Positions 9,492 through 17,165 of a stretch of DNA of 64,000 nucleotides are shown here, one piece after another. Position 1 is the stretch's first letter, and the number at the start of each line of letters is the position of its first letter. A program made the translations under genes and the position numbers. This DNA comes from a virus (Duplodnaviria > Caudoviricetes): the IMG/VR virus record IMGVR_UViG_3300020576_002312, positions 1-64,000 of that record; one strand, written 5' to 3'. Under the pieces are notes generated by a model. That model searched no databases. It saw only the letters and a list, made by a program, of their open reading frames with translations, and was not told where the DNA came from.

Positions 9492-10231
9492 CGTTTGTTT
9501 TTATGAAATTCATATACTTCTTCAAAGCCCCACTTGGCTATCCACGCATCGGTGTTGTAGATATAGTCCGATGTGGTGTAATTCATTTCCCTCGCAAAGT
9601 TATGTTTGTTACACCATTCGTCACAGCTTAGGCTAAGGGACTGTACCTCATCTGAGGTTATTGCTTTGATCTTTCCGTTAAGAGATAGCACTCTCTGGTG
9701 CATTGAATAATCCATTGAGTTGTCTAGCTTTGGGTCAAAGGGCTGATAGTCTAACTTCTCAAGCATCTCTTTACGGATAAGCCTACCAATGCCTATTGCC
9801 TCTCCGTTGCGCTTACTCTTGATGTCATATCCACCCCAATTACCTATCTGTAAATCTCCGTGAATAGTATCGTAGCCTCTCACATGTACCATATTGAAGT
9901 CAACCTTACCCACCATATCGTACTCGTTTAAGTACGGAGTTAAGTACTCAAGCCAGTTATTAGAAAGCCAATCAGAACTACCAACAAACAGACAAGCATC
10001 GGGATTATACATGCGTGATGCGATGAAAGCGGTGTTCCACTTCGCACCGAGAGGTTTATTCTCATGATAGATGAACGTACCCCCTGCCTTGACGATAGCG
10101 TACTCCTCATCGTTGGTATCTGCAACGCAAATTACCCGATAACATCCATTCTTTTCAAGCAATCTCTTGATGGTAAGATGCACGAGGGGTAAACGTCCCC
10201 TTACAGGAATACAAGCTACAACTCTCATCAT
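9488..10231 (-). CDS. GT-A fold glycosyltransferase-like protein (start MMRVVA)
   Basis: VVACIPVRGR; KPLGAKWN; FVGSSDWLS; ORF-track start at 10432 is probably too far upstream. Confidence 0.72.
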   Translation of the reverse strand: MMRVVACIPVRGRLPLVHLTIKRLLEKNGCYRVICVADTNDEEYAIVKAGGTFIYHENKPLGAKWNTAFIASRMYNPDACLFVGSSDWLSNNWLEYLTPYLNEYDMVGKVDFNMVHVRGYDTIHGDLQIGNWGGYDIKSKRNGEAIGIGRLIRKEMLEKLDYQPFDPKLDNSMDYSMHQRVLSLNGKIKAITSDEVQSLSLSCDEWCNKHNFAREMNYTTSDYIYNTDAWIAKWGFEEVYEFHKNKR

Positions 10232-10335
10232 TTTATAATAAAAATGTGTGCTAAACCGTAAATAACTATCGCACCTAAAAGCACAAGAACAAAGTAATCC
10301 CAAAGATTCTGAAAGCGGTCTGCTGTTGTTGCCAT
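10228..10335 (-). CDS. 35-aa single-TM peptide coupled to the glycosyltransferase
   Basis: MATTADRFQNLWDYFVLVLLGAIVIYGLAHIFIIK; stop TGA overlaps ATG of GT; promoter box at 10356-10363. Confidence 0.6.
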   Translation of the reverse strand: MATTADRFQNLWDYFVLVLLGAIVIYGLAHIFIIK

Positions 10336-10401
10336 AACTGATTGATTTAATAAGACAAATGTAAAAAATATAAACGAGACTTCCAAATCTTTTTTGTATA
10401 T

Positions 10402-10710
10402 TTGTATGAACGAAAACAGAAAAATATGTCATATAAGATCAACAACACAAAACTTCTTGTCGAGGCTGTACCAGAAGTGGTAAAACAAACCCCAAGCGGT
10501 ATTTTTATCCCAGAAACAATCCAACATAAAAAATCATCTTTGAAGTCTGTAATTTTGATAGCAGGCAAAGGCACTTCCGAGATTGAGATGATTCATAAAG
10601 AGGGAGATACCATTCTGCATAACCCTTACGAGGGGCAGGAGTTTGATTGGGAAAATAAAAAGGTTAAACTGATAGATCAGTCTTCTGTTCTTCTGAACCT
10701 AGGTCAGTAG
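10402..10710 (+). CDS. groES: GroES-like co-chaperonin
   Basis: KQTPSGIFIP mobile loop; VILIAGKG; EGDTIL; own promoter box at 10397-10404. Confidence 0.8.
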   Translation: MYERKQKNMSYKINNTKLLVEAVPEVVKQTPSGIFIPETIQHKKSSLKSVILIAGKGTSEIEMIHKEGDTILHNPYEGQEFDWENKKVKLIDQSSVLLNLGQ

Positions 10711-10981
10711 TAGGGGTAGGTTTCACACCCATCTTCTCTGCATAGTCTTTGTTGATAGCGTACATCTGCGCTTCAAGGTTAACTAATTCGTTAACTAACT
10801 TAACTGATTTATTAAAGAGTACCTGAAGGTCTTTGTCGGGGTGAGTATTGTCCTTTAAAAGAGTAATACTTTCCTCGGTCAACCCCAATATACGAGGGTT
10901 ATTGAGTATCTTAGAGTTTCTTAATTGACCAATCCTTTCAATGATTTCCTTGCCTTCCGTACGCCTACCTTGTCTGTTCAT
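10664..10981 (-). CDS. hypothetical protein
   Basis: ORF track; in operon. Confidence 0.6.
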   Translation of the reverse strand: MNRQGRRTEGKEIIERIGQLRNSKILNNPRILGLTEESITLLKDNTHPDKDLQVLFNKSVKLVNELVNLEAQMYAINKDYAEKMGVKPTPTTDLGSEEQKTDLSV

Positions 10982-10986
10982 TCCTT

Positions 10987-11508
10987 TTAAAATAAGTATT
11001 GTTGTTTATTATTACTAGCAAGTTCTTGCGCTCCTTGCAAGGATTTAAGTTTTTTATTTGTTGTTCTTTTAAAATTAGGCGGATCCAAAACGAAACAAGC
11101 TATATGTCTTCCTGTTCCCTTGCCTTCGTTCATGTCTTCTGTTGCCAGCCATTTAACATCTCTTAGGTTTCTTACTTTAGCCCCCGCCTCTATTAACATT
11201 AATACCCATTTATCTATTGGGTAAACCATTACAACCCGTTTCCCTTTTTTATTTTCAGCGATACACTTTCTTGCCCATGCCGTTGCACCCTTACGCTTAC
11301 CATCCGAAGCATCAAGGTATGACCCAAATGGAGGATTAACATAATTAGACTCGCCCCACTCTGCCCTTAGACCATCATAATCATCAGGTTTGGGAAATGG
11401 ACATGGATCATAATCAAAGTCAAATTCTATATTTAACTGATCGTATAGGGGCGGAGGGGTTAACCAATAATGTTTTCCGTCCTTGCTATTACCATTCTCA
11501 AAAGCCAT
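10987..11508 (-). CDS. phage Dam-like DNA N6-adenine methyltransferase
   Basis: YWLTPPPLY..FDYDPCP; YVNPPF catalytic motif. Confidence 0.8.
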   Translation of the reverse strand: MAFENGNSKDGKHYWLTPPPLYDQLNIEFDFDYDPCPFPKPDDYDGLRAEWGESNYVNPPFGSYLDASDGKRKGATAWARKCIAENKKGKRVVMVYPIDKWVLMLIEAGAKVRNLRDVKWLATEDMNEGKGTGRHIACFVLDPPNFKRTTNKKLKSLQGAQELASNNKQQYLF

Positions 11509-12557
11509 TAATAATCCTTTCTTATTCCAAATTTCTTACAAAGCCAGTTTATATCCCGTGTAAAGAGCAACTTATTTCTTTCTCGGATTTCTAAAACGTA
11601 AGGCATATAATACTTAATTAATCTTCTTCCCTCACTTGGGTTTTTCACTCTCAATTCAAGGGCAATAAGCATTGTCATTACCTTATCCATGAGTCTTTGT
11701 GCTTCGGCTTTGCGGAGCATGGTGAAGGCGATGAAGAATTTATTCCACCAAAAGTAGTCTCCCCGTCCGTTGTTACTCAAAAGCACCCCATCCTCGGTAA
11801 CAAACTTATGAAATATATGTAAGGTTTCCATGTCCCTTATAACGTGGCACTCTCCCCCCGACAACCAATACTTTAGGCTTATCCAAGGCTCAAGCCCCCC
11901 GAAGTAGTGATGACCGACCATCTTTTTTTCGGGCAATGTATCCCATCCATTTACATGCTGATACCAAGTCTTATTGGTTACATAACACGCCCCATAGATA
12001 ATAGGTACTTCGATGATAGGTTCTCGTGGTATGCGTTTAATCCACTTGCAATCGAATAGTCCCACGTATGCTTTTGGTTGATTTATCCTTGAAGGAGAAT
12101 CTTTCGGCAGTTCATCTCCCGTAGCGTAGATAAGAAGTTCTGCTCCATATCTTTTAACACTATCGGGTATTGGGTTAGTGGGATCTAAATAATCCGGTGA
12201 ACCCTCAAGACAACAACTACAAGCAATGCCTTGGGGATGATTAGTAGCATAGTCAAGTGCTTGATTAAACCAACTACTATTCTTCATCATAACGTCCCCG
12301 CCCATAAGGACAATCGTTTCATATTTAGCAAGTGAAACACCCACATCGAAAGCATGTCCCATACCCCGTTGAATAGGTATTTTGATAATACGTAGGTTTG
12401 GATAGTCGCTTTCACTGACCATTATCGGTTCGGTACTCGCATCGTCAATGAGAAGTATCTCAAAAGTAGACAGGTCTTGCCCTTTGATTAAATGGTTAAG
12501 ACAATGATCGAGAAATCTCTCGTTGAAATTAGCAATGATTACTGATATATTTTTCAT
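11508..12557 (-). CDS. GT2/GT27-like glycosyltransferase resembling polypeptide GalNAc-transferase
   Basis: ISVIIANFNE; LLIDDAST; PIIYGACYV; FGGLEPWISLKYWLSGGEC...HIFH. Confidence 0.8.
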   Translation of the reverse strand: MKNISVIIANFNERFLDHCLNHLIKGQDLSTFEILLIDDASTEPIMVSESDYPNLRIIKIPIQRGMGHAFDVGVSLAKYETIVLMGGDVMMKNSSWFNQALDYATNHPQGIACSCCLEGSPDYLDPTNPIPDSVKRYGAELLIYATGDELPKDSPSRINQPKAYVGLFDCKWIKRIPREPIIEVPIIYGACYVTNKTWYQHVNGWDTLPEKKMVGHHYFGGLEPWISLKYWLSGGECHVIRDMETLHIFHKFVTEDGVLLSNNGRGDYFWWNKFFIAFTMLRKAEAQRLMDKVMTMLIALELRVKNPSEGRRLIKYYMPYVLEIRERNKLLFTRDINWLCKKFGIRKDY

Positions 12558-13303
12558 AATACAAATTCAATGTCGCACATCTGAACAGTTAGATACTGCT
12601 TATCTCCGTCAAAAGAGAGATTCCAAATTGATCTTTCGAGGAAAAAAACATTTACGTTAGGGTCTATCGTAACTAAATCCCCCACTTCAAGGTTAGGAAT
12701 ATCTGATCTCTTTGGATTCTGATATAACTTATTGGGTTTACCCACGTACTTAACTATCCCCCGTTTCTTGTCAATGTCTTTGTCGAGTAAATCAAGCTCA
12801 GAAATAGCTTCTTTTTGAACAAGTTCAAGGATTGCGTACCCATTGGTACATATCACATCCCATGTTTCCTTACCATCAAACTTACTTATCCAACGGTGTC
12901 TTTTTGCTACAAGAATATCCTCGTATTTAATGACTGAATATACATCATCTTCAACAAGTATCTGTGGGCAGTTCTTGAGAGCAAGAGGGTGAGAATAGGC
13001 AATGTCGCCCATCTGTGTATCTACATCGCAAGACCAGGACATTGTGTTGTCAATATCTTTCCTGTTAAAATATAATCTATCCACCTGTTTAACTATCTCT
13101 CCCCGCACTATCGTTACATCGGCAATGTGAGAAGTATCGCTCTCTCCGTACGTCACATCCTCGTTGAACCCGATAATGATACCTGCCTTAGTCTTGAGTT
13201 CTTCTTTCTTTGGCATTAAAAGGTGAACGTAGTTGCTCGGATAACTTACCGTAGCCTCATCGTACTCTTTTCGGGTTAATCGTATTTGTAAATTCTCTGA
13301 CAT
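12554..13303 (-). CDS. tandem GroES-like domain protein
   Basis: Two GroES-like units: LKTKAGIIIG...RGEIV...MGDIAY and RGIVKYVGKP...LEVGDLV. Confidence 0.7.
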   Translation of the reverse strand: MSENLQIRLTRKEYDEATVSYPSNYVHLLMPKKEELKTKAGIIIGFNEDVTYGESDTSHIADVTIVRGEIVKQVDRLYFNRKDIDNTMSWSCDVDTQMGDIAYSHPLALKNCPQILVEDDVYSVIKYEDILVAKRHRWISKFDGKETWDVICTNGYAILELVQKEAISELDLLDKDIDKKRGIVKYVGKPNKLYQNPKRSDIPNLEVGDLVTIDPNVNVFFLERSIWNLSFDGDKQYLTVQMCDIEFVL

Positions 13304-13306
13304 GTT

Positions 13307-13573
13307 TTATTTTGCCTCGTTAAGTTTATAATAAACCTCTGTATCCTCTTTTTTCGGGATAGTAATAAGACCTTCTCCTTCAAGATGAACGTAGAACTCT
13401 CCAAGGTCTTTAAGATACTCAATTCGTGTAACCTTGAAAGCCTTGTTCTCTACTGTCATGCGTGTACCGATGAACACCGATACCCCAACCCTGCCATAGA
13501 CTACCTCACCACTCGCATTGATAGTTGAACGGGGGTGAGAATACCATATGCCGACTATTGAGTAACTTTCCAT
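13307..13573 (-). CDS. hypothetical protein
   Basis: ORF track; in operon. Confidence 0.6.
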   Translation of the reverse strand: MESYSIVGIWYSHPRSTINASGEVVYGRVGVSVFIGTRMTVENKAFKVTRIEYLKDLGEFYVHLEGEGLITIPKKEDTEVYYKLNEAK

Positions 13574-13576
13574 AGA

Positions 13577-14125
13577 TCATTCAGTAAAATCATATACTCC
13601 AATTTTATATCCATTCTTTTCTGATTGTTTTAAATAATCCAGAATGAAATTTAAATGTTTTTCTTTTGTATCAAGAACGTCTCCCACATTATTGACACTA
13701 AATAGACCAGTTACTTCATTAACACTAATTAGTTTATGAATCTGTGAATGAATTCGCTTGTCTAAAATAAAAAAATCTTCAAGTAAATGATAATTCCAAT
13801 GATGTATTTCTTCACTTGATAATATTTTTATTTTTTGGGACATCTTTTTTCTTAACCCCTGATAAGCAGTTCCAACCCAAAATAACGTTTTTTTTCTTTC
13901 ATTCCACGGGCTATTAAGATAACCTAATCTGTGATATTTTTCTCTTCCCCTTTCACGTTCCTGTTCCATCCAGTCTTCATCTTGTGATTTTATAAGATAA
14001 TTTTGTTTTACATCTTTTTTATTACACTCTTTACATTTATTAAGATGTCCATCACCCATTTGTGGGTGTTTATAAAACTCACTTAATTCCTTTTCAACCT
14101 TACATTTAAAACAAACCTTTCTCAT
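13577..14125 (-). CDS. HNH-like endonuclease with N-terminal zinc finger
   Basis: [16 protein letters not shown]...KCKEC; EIHHWNY...HSQIH. Confidence 0.75.
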   Translation of the reverse strand: MRKVCFKCKVEKELSEFYKHPQMGDGHLNKCKECNKKDVKQNYLIKSQDEDWMEQERERGREKYHRLGYLNSPWNERKKTLFWVGTAYQGLRKKMSQKIKILSSEEIHHWNYHLLEDFFILDKRIHSQIHKLISVNEVTGLFSVNNVGDVLDTKEKHLNFILDYLKQSEKNGYKIGVYDFTE

Positions 14126-14170
14126 TGTGTTAATTTTATGTAAAGATAATGAAATAAATTAAAATGGAAA

Positions 14171-14680
14171 TTAGAATGGATAAAAGCTCATTAATGAACC
14201 AAGTCCAATGAGAATGGTGATAATAAATGGTAAGTCATCAAGGTTTTCGTCAGCCGAACTTGTAGGAATATCACTCATTTTTTGGTCGGGAGTAACAAAT
14301 ACCTTATCTCTGTTTACGTGCCTTCTATTTATGTCCGAGAAGGATATTCTCGTGGCTTTAAGTTCCAAACCATAGTCTTTCCCCGAACCATCCCTCTTAG
14401 CGTACTCGTGACCATCCAATTTAAAGTCAATGGTTATCTCGTCTTTAATCTCAAACTCCGCAGGGTCAAATCCTTTCGGGAGAAGAAACTTAACCAAGTT
14501 GTACTTTATGGTTGATCTTTCCTTACCTGTTTTGTCATCGTTCCAACGTGTAGGGGTAGGAATATCAAGTATGTAGTATAAAAAACTTCCGCTTGTTCCT
14601 TTGGCCTCACTTGTCCATTTACGGATAGGCTTATCGTAAAGTGTCCCTGAAATAGTAAATTCATTAACTCTCTCTGCCAT
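14171..14680 (-). CDS. ssb: single-stranded DNA-binding protein (Bacteroidota DUF3127-like)
   Basis: OB-fold pattern ITIDFKLDGHEY...; acidic DDLPF motif followed by a hydrophobic extension. Confidence 0.7.
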   Translation of the reverse strand: MAERVNEFTISGTLYDKPIRKWTSEAKGTSGSFLYYILDIPTPTRWNDDKTGKERSTIKYNLVKFLLPKGFDPAEFEIKDEITIDFKLDGHEYAKRDGSGKDYGLELKATRISFSDINRRHVNRDKVFVTPDQKMSDIPTSSADENLDDLPFIITILIGLGSLMSFYPF

Positions 14681-14897
14681 CGTTATCTATGTTTTGTTTA
14701 TTTGATTCTATGATTAAATTGTCCGCTACCTTAAGAAAAGTTTGCTCGGTAAAGTGCTTATCTCCTGTCTTTTCAAGGAGTTCAAATGCCATCTTATTTT
14801 GATCTTTTACTACGTCTAAATATAGCAGTACCGCTAAGTGTTTTCTATCACACTTGGATTCTCTGAGTAAATAGCGGTGGTATGCTGTTAATTCCAT
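14664..14897 (-). CDS. hypothetical protein
   Basis: ORF track; promoter box at 14902-14909. Confidence 0.6.
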   Translation of the reverse strand: MELTAYHRYLLRESKCDRKHLAVLLYLDVVKDQNKMAFELLEKTGDKHFTEQTFLKVADNLIIESNKQNIDNDGRES

Positions 14898-14960
14898 TTA
14901 GCAAATATAAATAACTATTATCACTTATGCAAACTTTTTCCTGTAAAAATAAAAACTTTA

Positions 14961-15317
14961 TTATTTTTTCCCATTAGTATTAAGCCTAGGTTTTAAATAA
15001 CGAATAAGCTCTTTTTCAAGAGAAACATAATTATCTGTTAAGTAATAAACAAAAGTAAAGGATATATCATTATTTCTATGTGCAAAAATATACTTAGTTA
15101 GCTTATGCTTGGTTACATATATTCTATGCGCAATATTTTTAGATGACCCAACATAAATAACTGAAGCAACTTCTTTTATTTGGTCAATTTCAATACAAAA
15201 ATAAACTCCGCTTTCATTGGGTAATCCTAATCCTGCACTTGAATCCAATTTAATATTAAATTTATTTTGAATATCAGGATAGAATTGTTTATAAAAATCT
15301 CTTAAAAATATTAGCAT
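14961..15317 (-). CDS. GIY-YIG endonuclease
   Basis: SGVYF...IYVGSS.NI..R...H...EKELIRYLKPRLN. Confidence 0.8.
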   Translation of the reverse strand: MLIFLRDFYKQFYPDIQNKFNIKLDSSAGLGLPNESGVYFCIEIDQIKEVASVIYVGSSKNIAHRIYVTKHKLTKYIFAHRNNDISFTFVYYLTDNYVSLEKELIRYLKPRLNTNGKK

Positions 15318-15323
15318 GTGTTT

Positions 15324-15821
15324 TTAGTTTTGTTGTTCATCGAGATACACATCATCAAAGTTATCCTTATCCTTATCTTGATAATTATCCTTATCTTTTT
15401 CTAGGACTTTATCTTTATCCTTATCTTTATCTTTATCTTTAGGGTCTTCCAAGGGGCTATCAAGGGGCTTATATAGGGTCTTCCAAAGGTTATGTTTTTT
15501 TAACAGTTTAACATACGAAAGTCCCGCCTTATCAGCAGTATGTTCGCTAAGACCTCCATATTGAAAATCACAAAAGTCCGTTACCCATAGTTTTACAGGA
15601 GAAATTCTTTGTACTCTTGATTCTAGTTTTTGAATAATAGAGTCAGAATCAAGGGTGACTCTCATTACAAAAGAAGCTAATTCCCAGTCTTCTTCCCAAA
15701 CACCCACATTATCACAAGTGCCAATGAGATAAAACCAAAATAACTTTGTAGTTGGGTCTAATTCTCTAAACCATTTGTTCTGTGTCCAAATCTCTGATTT
15801 GAAATACCTTTTACCTGCCAT
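15324..15821 (-). CDS. phage replication initiator / replisome organiser-like protein
   Basis: KRYFKSEIWTQNKWFREL...KLFWFYL pattern; (DK)n repeat near C-terminus. Confidence 0.65.
   Translation of the reverse strand: MAGKRYFKSEIWTQNKWFRELDPTTKLFWFYLIGTCDNVGVWEEDWELASFVMRVTLDSDSIIQKLESRVQRISPVKLWVTDFCDFQYGGLSEHTADKAGLSYVKLLKKHNLWKTLYKPLDSPLEDPKDKDKDKDKDKVLEKDKDNYQDKDKDNFDDVYLDEQQN
15361..15486. repeat. hexamer tandem repeats GATAA(A/G) plus direct repeats AGGGTCTTCCAA x2 and CAAGGGGCT x2 (candidate iterons)
   Basis: Directly visible within the replication gene. Confidence 0.6.
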
Positions 15822-15822
15822 T

Positions 15823-15975
15823 TGTAGCTCTTTATTAAATTATAACCCCCACAAAATAAGAAATCCACTAAGGAGAGAGCTACCAGACCTTTTGTGGAAT
15901 TTATTACCTGTGGGGGCGTTTAGTGTTAATTCTGTTTGATTTGCCATGTGTAGCTCTTTACTTAATGCAAATATA
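15823..15975 (-). promoter_or_regulatory. promoter plus structured leader with uORF and anti-initiation-region loop
   Basis: TATATTTG at 15968-15975; AAAGAGCTACA(C/A)ATGGCA twice; stems CCCCCACA/TGTGGGGG and TCCAC/GTGGA; loop GGTAGCTCT. Confidence 0.6.
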
Positions 15976-16126
15976 CGTAAAATTTATTTAATCAATTTTG
16001 AAAGGCAAATATAGAATAAGAAAACAACAATTCCAAATATTGCATGAGTTTTCTGAAAATTTCATGCAGGGGAAAGTTTAAATCATCTTTTCAAGGAAAA
16101 TATTTGCGTATTAATTTTATTAGTTT

Positions 16127-16134
16127 TATCTTTG
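16127..16134 (+). promoter_or_regulatory. Bacteroidota housekeeping promoter -7 box
   Basis: TATCTTTG with TTTG (-33) at 16103-16106, 20-nt spacer. Confidence 0.8.
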
Positions 16135-16392
16135 TATTTCAAACAAGAGTTCATTGAATAAAAATACTGCGTAGATAGCGAGGTGTATGTGGAATAAAAC
16201 CCCATCCCTCGTTACGCTACGAAGATACAGCAACTGATGATGGTATCCTTGGGTAATTGCAATATCCCTTGTGAAGTCGGGTTGCGGAAGAGGTTTGTCT
16301 TGGTGTACCTTTCCTGATCGCTGTGCACCCTTGGTTTGCCGAGGTTGATAGGGATAAAACGCTGAGGACGGAAGTTCATTGAAACAAAGATA

Positions 16393-16466
16393 TGCGCAGT
16401 AGAGAAGTGGTTATCTCGCAAGGCTCATAACCTTGAAATCGTAGGTTCGACTCCTACCTGTCGCTA
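16393..16466 (+). tRNA. tRNA-Met (CAT), initiator-like, 1-nt bulge in acceptor stem, CCA not encoded
   Basis: D-stem GAGA/TCTC; anticodon arm CAAGG-CTCATAA-CCTTG; T-arm GTAGG-TTCGACT-CCTAC. Confidence 0.85.
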
Positions 16467-16579
16467 CAAGGCCGTGATGGCTACGCAGACAATAGGTCTG
16501 CACAAGGGGGCATGGTTACGATAGCAAAGAAGTATAACGAAAGTATAACCATTCAGCTTGAGAACCTAAACCCCCTAAC

Positions 16580-16771
16580 GTGAGAATACTTAACACAACA
16601 TATAGAACAATGACTATGATTAGAGTACAAAACCGAGTAGCGGTAATCATCAAAAATATGGGGGTAGCATGGACGCTTAAATTTCTTGATAATAAAGAGA
16701 TCGTTAAGTGCTTTTACCACGGAGAAGAAGAATGGGAAATATTTATACCTGAAAAACAATATAACGCATGA
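16580..16771 (+). CDS. hypothetical protein
   Basis: ORF track; ATGA overlap with next gene. Confidence 0.5.
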   Translation: MRILNTTYRTMTMIRVQNRVAVIIKNMGVAWTLKFLDNKEIVKCFYHGEEEWEIFIPEKQYNA

Positions 16772-16968
16772 TAAAAATAGAGCAAAGCCACGAAAGTACT
16801 TCTTACTGGAAACAAGACGGACTATACGACAAGAAAACAAAAGACACACGTAAATTTAAACTCTTTGGTCTTACACTTTGGTCAAGCAGTTATGATTTTG
16901 ACTGCGACCTTGTAAAAGAGAAAGACATAGAGGGTGGAACAAAAGTAGGGTTTCAATCAACTAAATAA
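16768..16968 (+). CDS. hypothetical protein
   Basis: ORF track. Confidence 0.6.
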   Translation: MIKIEQSHESTSYWKQDGLYDKKTKDTRKFKLFGLTLWSSSYDFDCDLVKEKDIEGGTKVGFQSTK

Positions 16969-17165
16969 GATATTTTTCATTTCGAGTAGTTGTATGGAGA
17001 TGGGTCTCCATGCGGGACGTAGCGAGTTGTTTTTAGAGATTTTTACAACTCTTAAAAGTTCATAGACGCACACTGCTTTCTATACGTCTAAGTAGTGAAA
17101 TATGTGGCACTCCTACTAAAAAGAGAATCCGAGAGGGTAAACACATGACAGCAAATCGAAACAAC

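Noticed and set aside
16228-16290. Hammerhead ribozyme (CTGATGA present)
   Set aside because: No correctly placed GAAA and stem III/UH site; CTGATGA sits in a simple GATAC/GTATC hairpin loop
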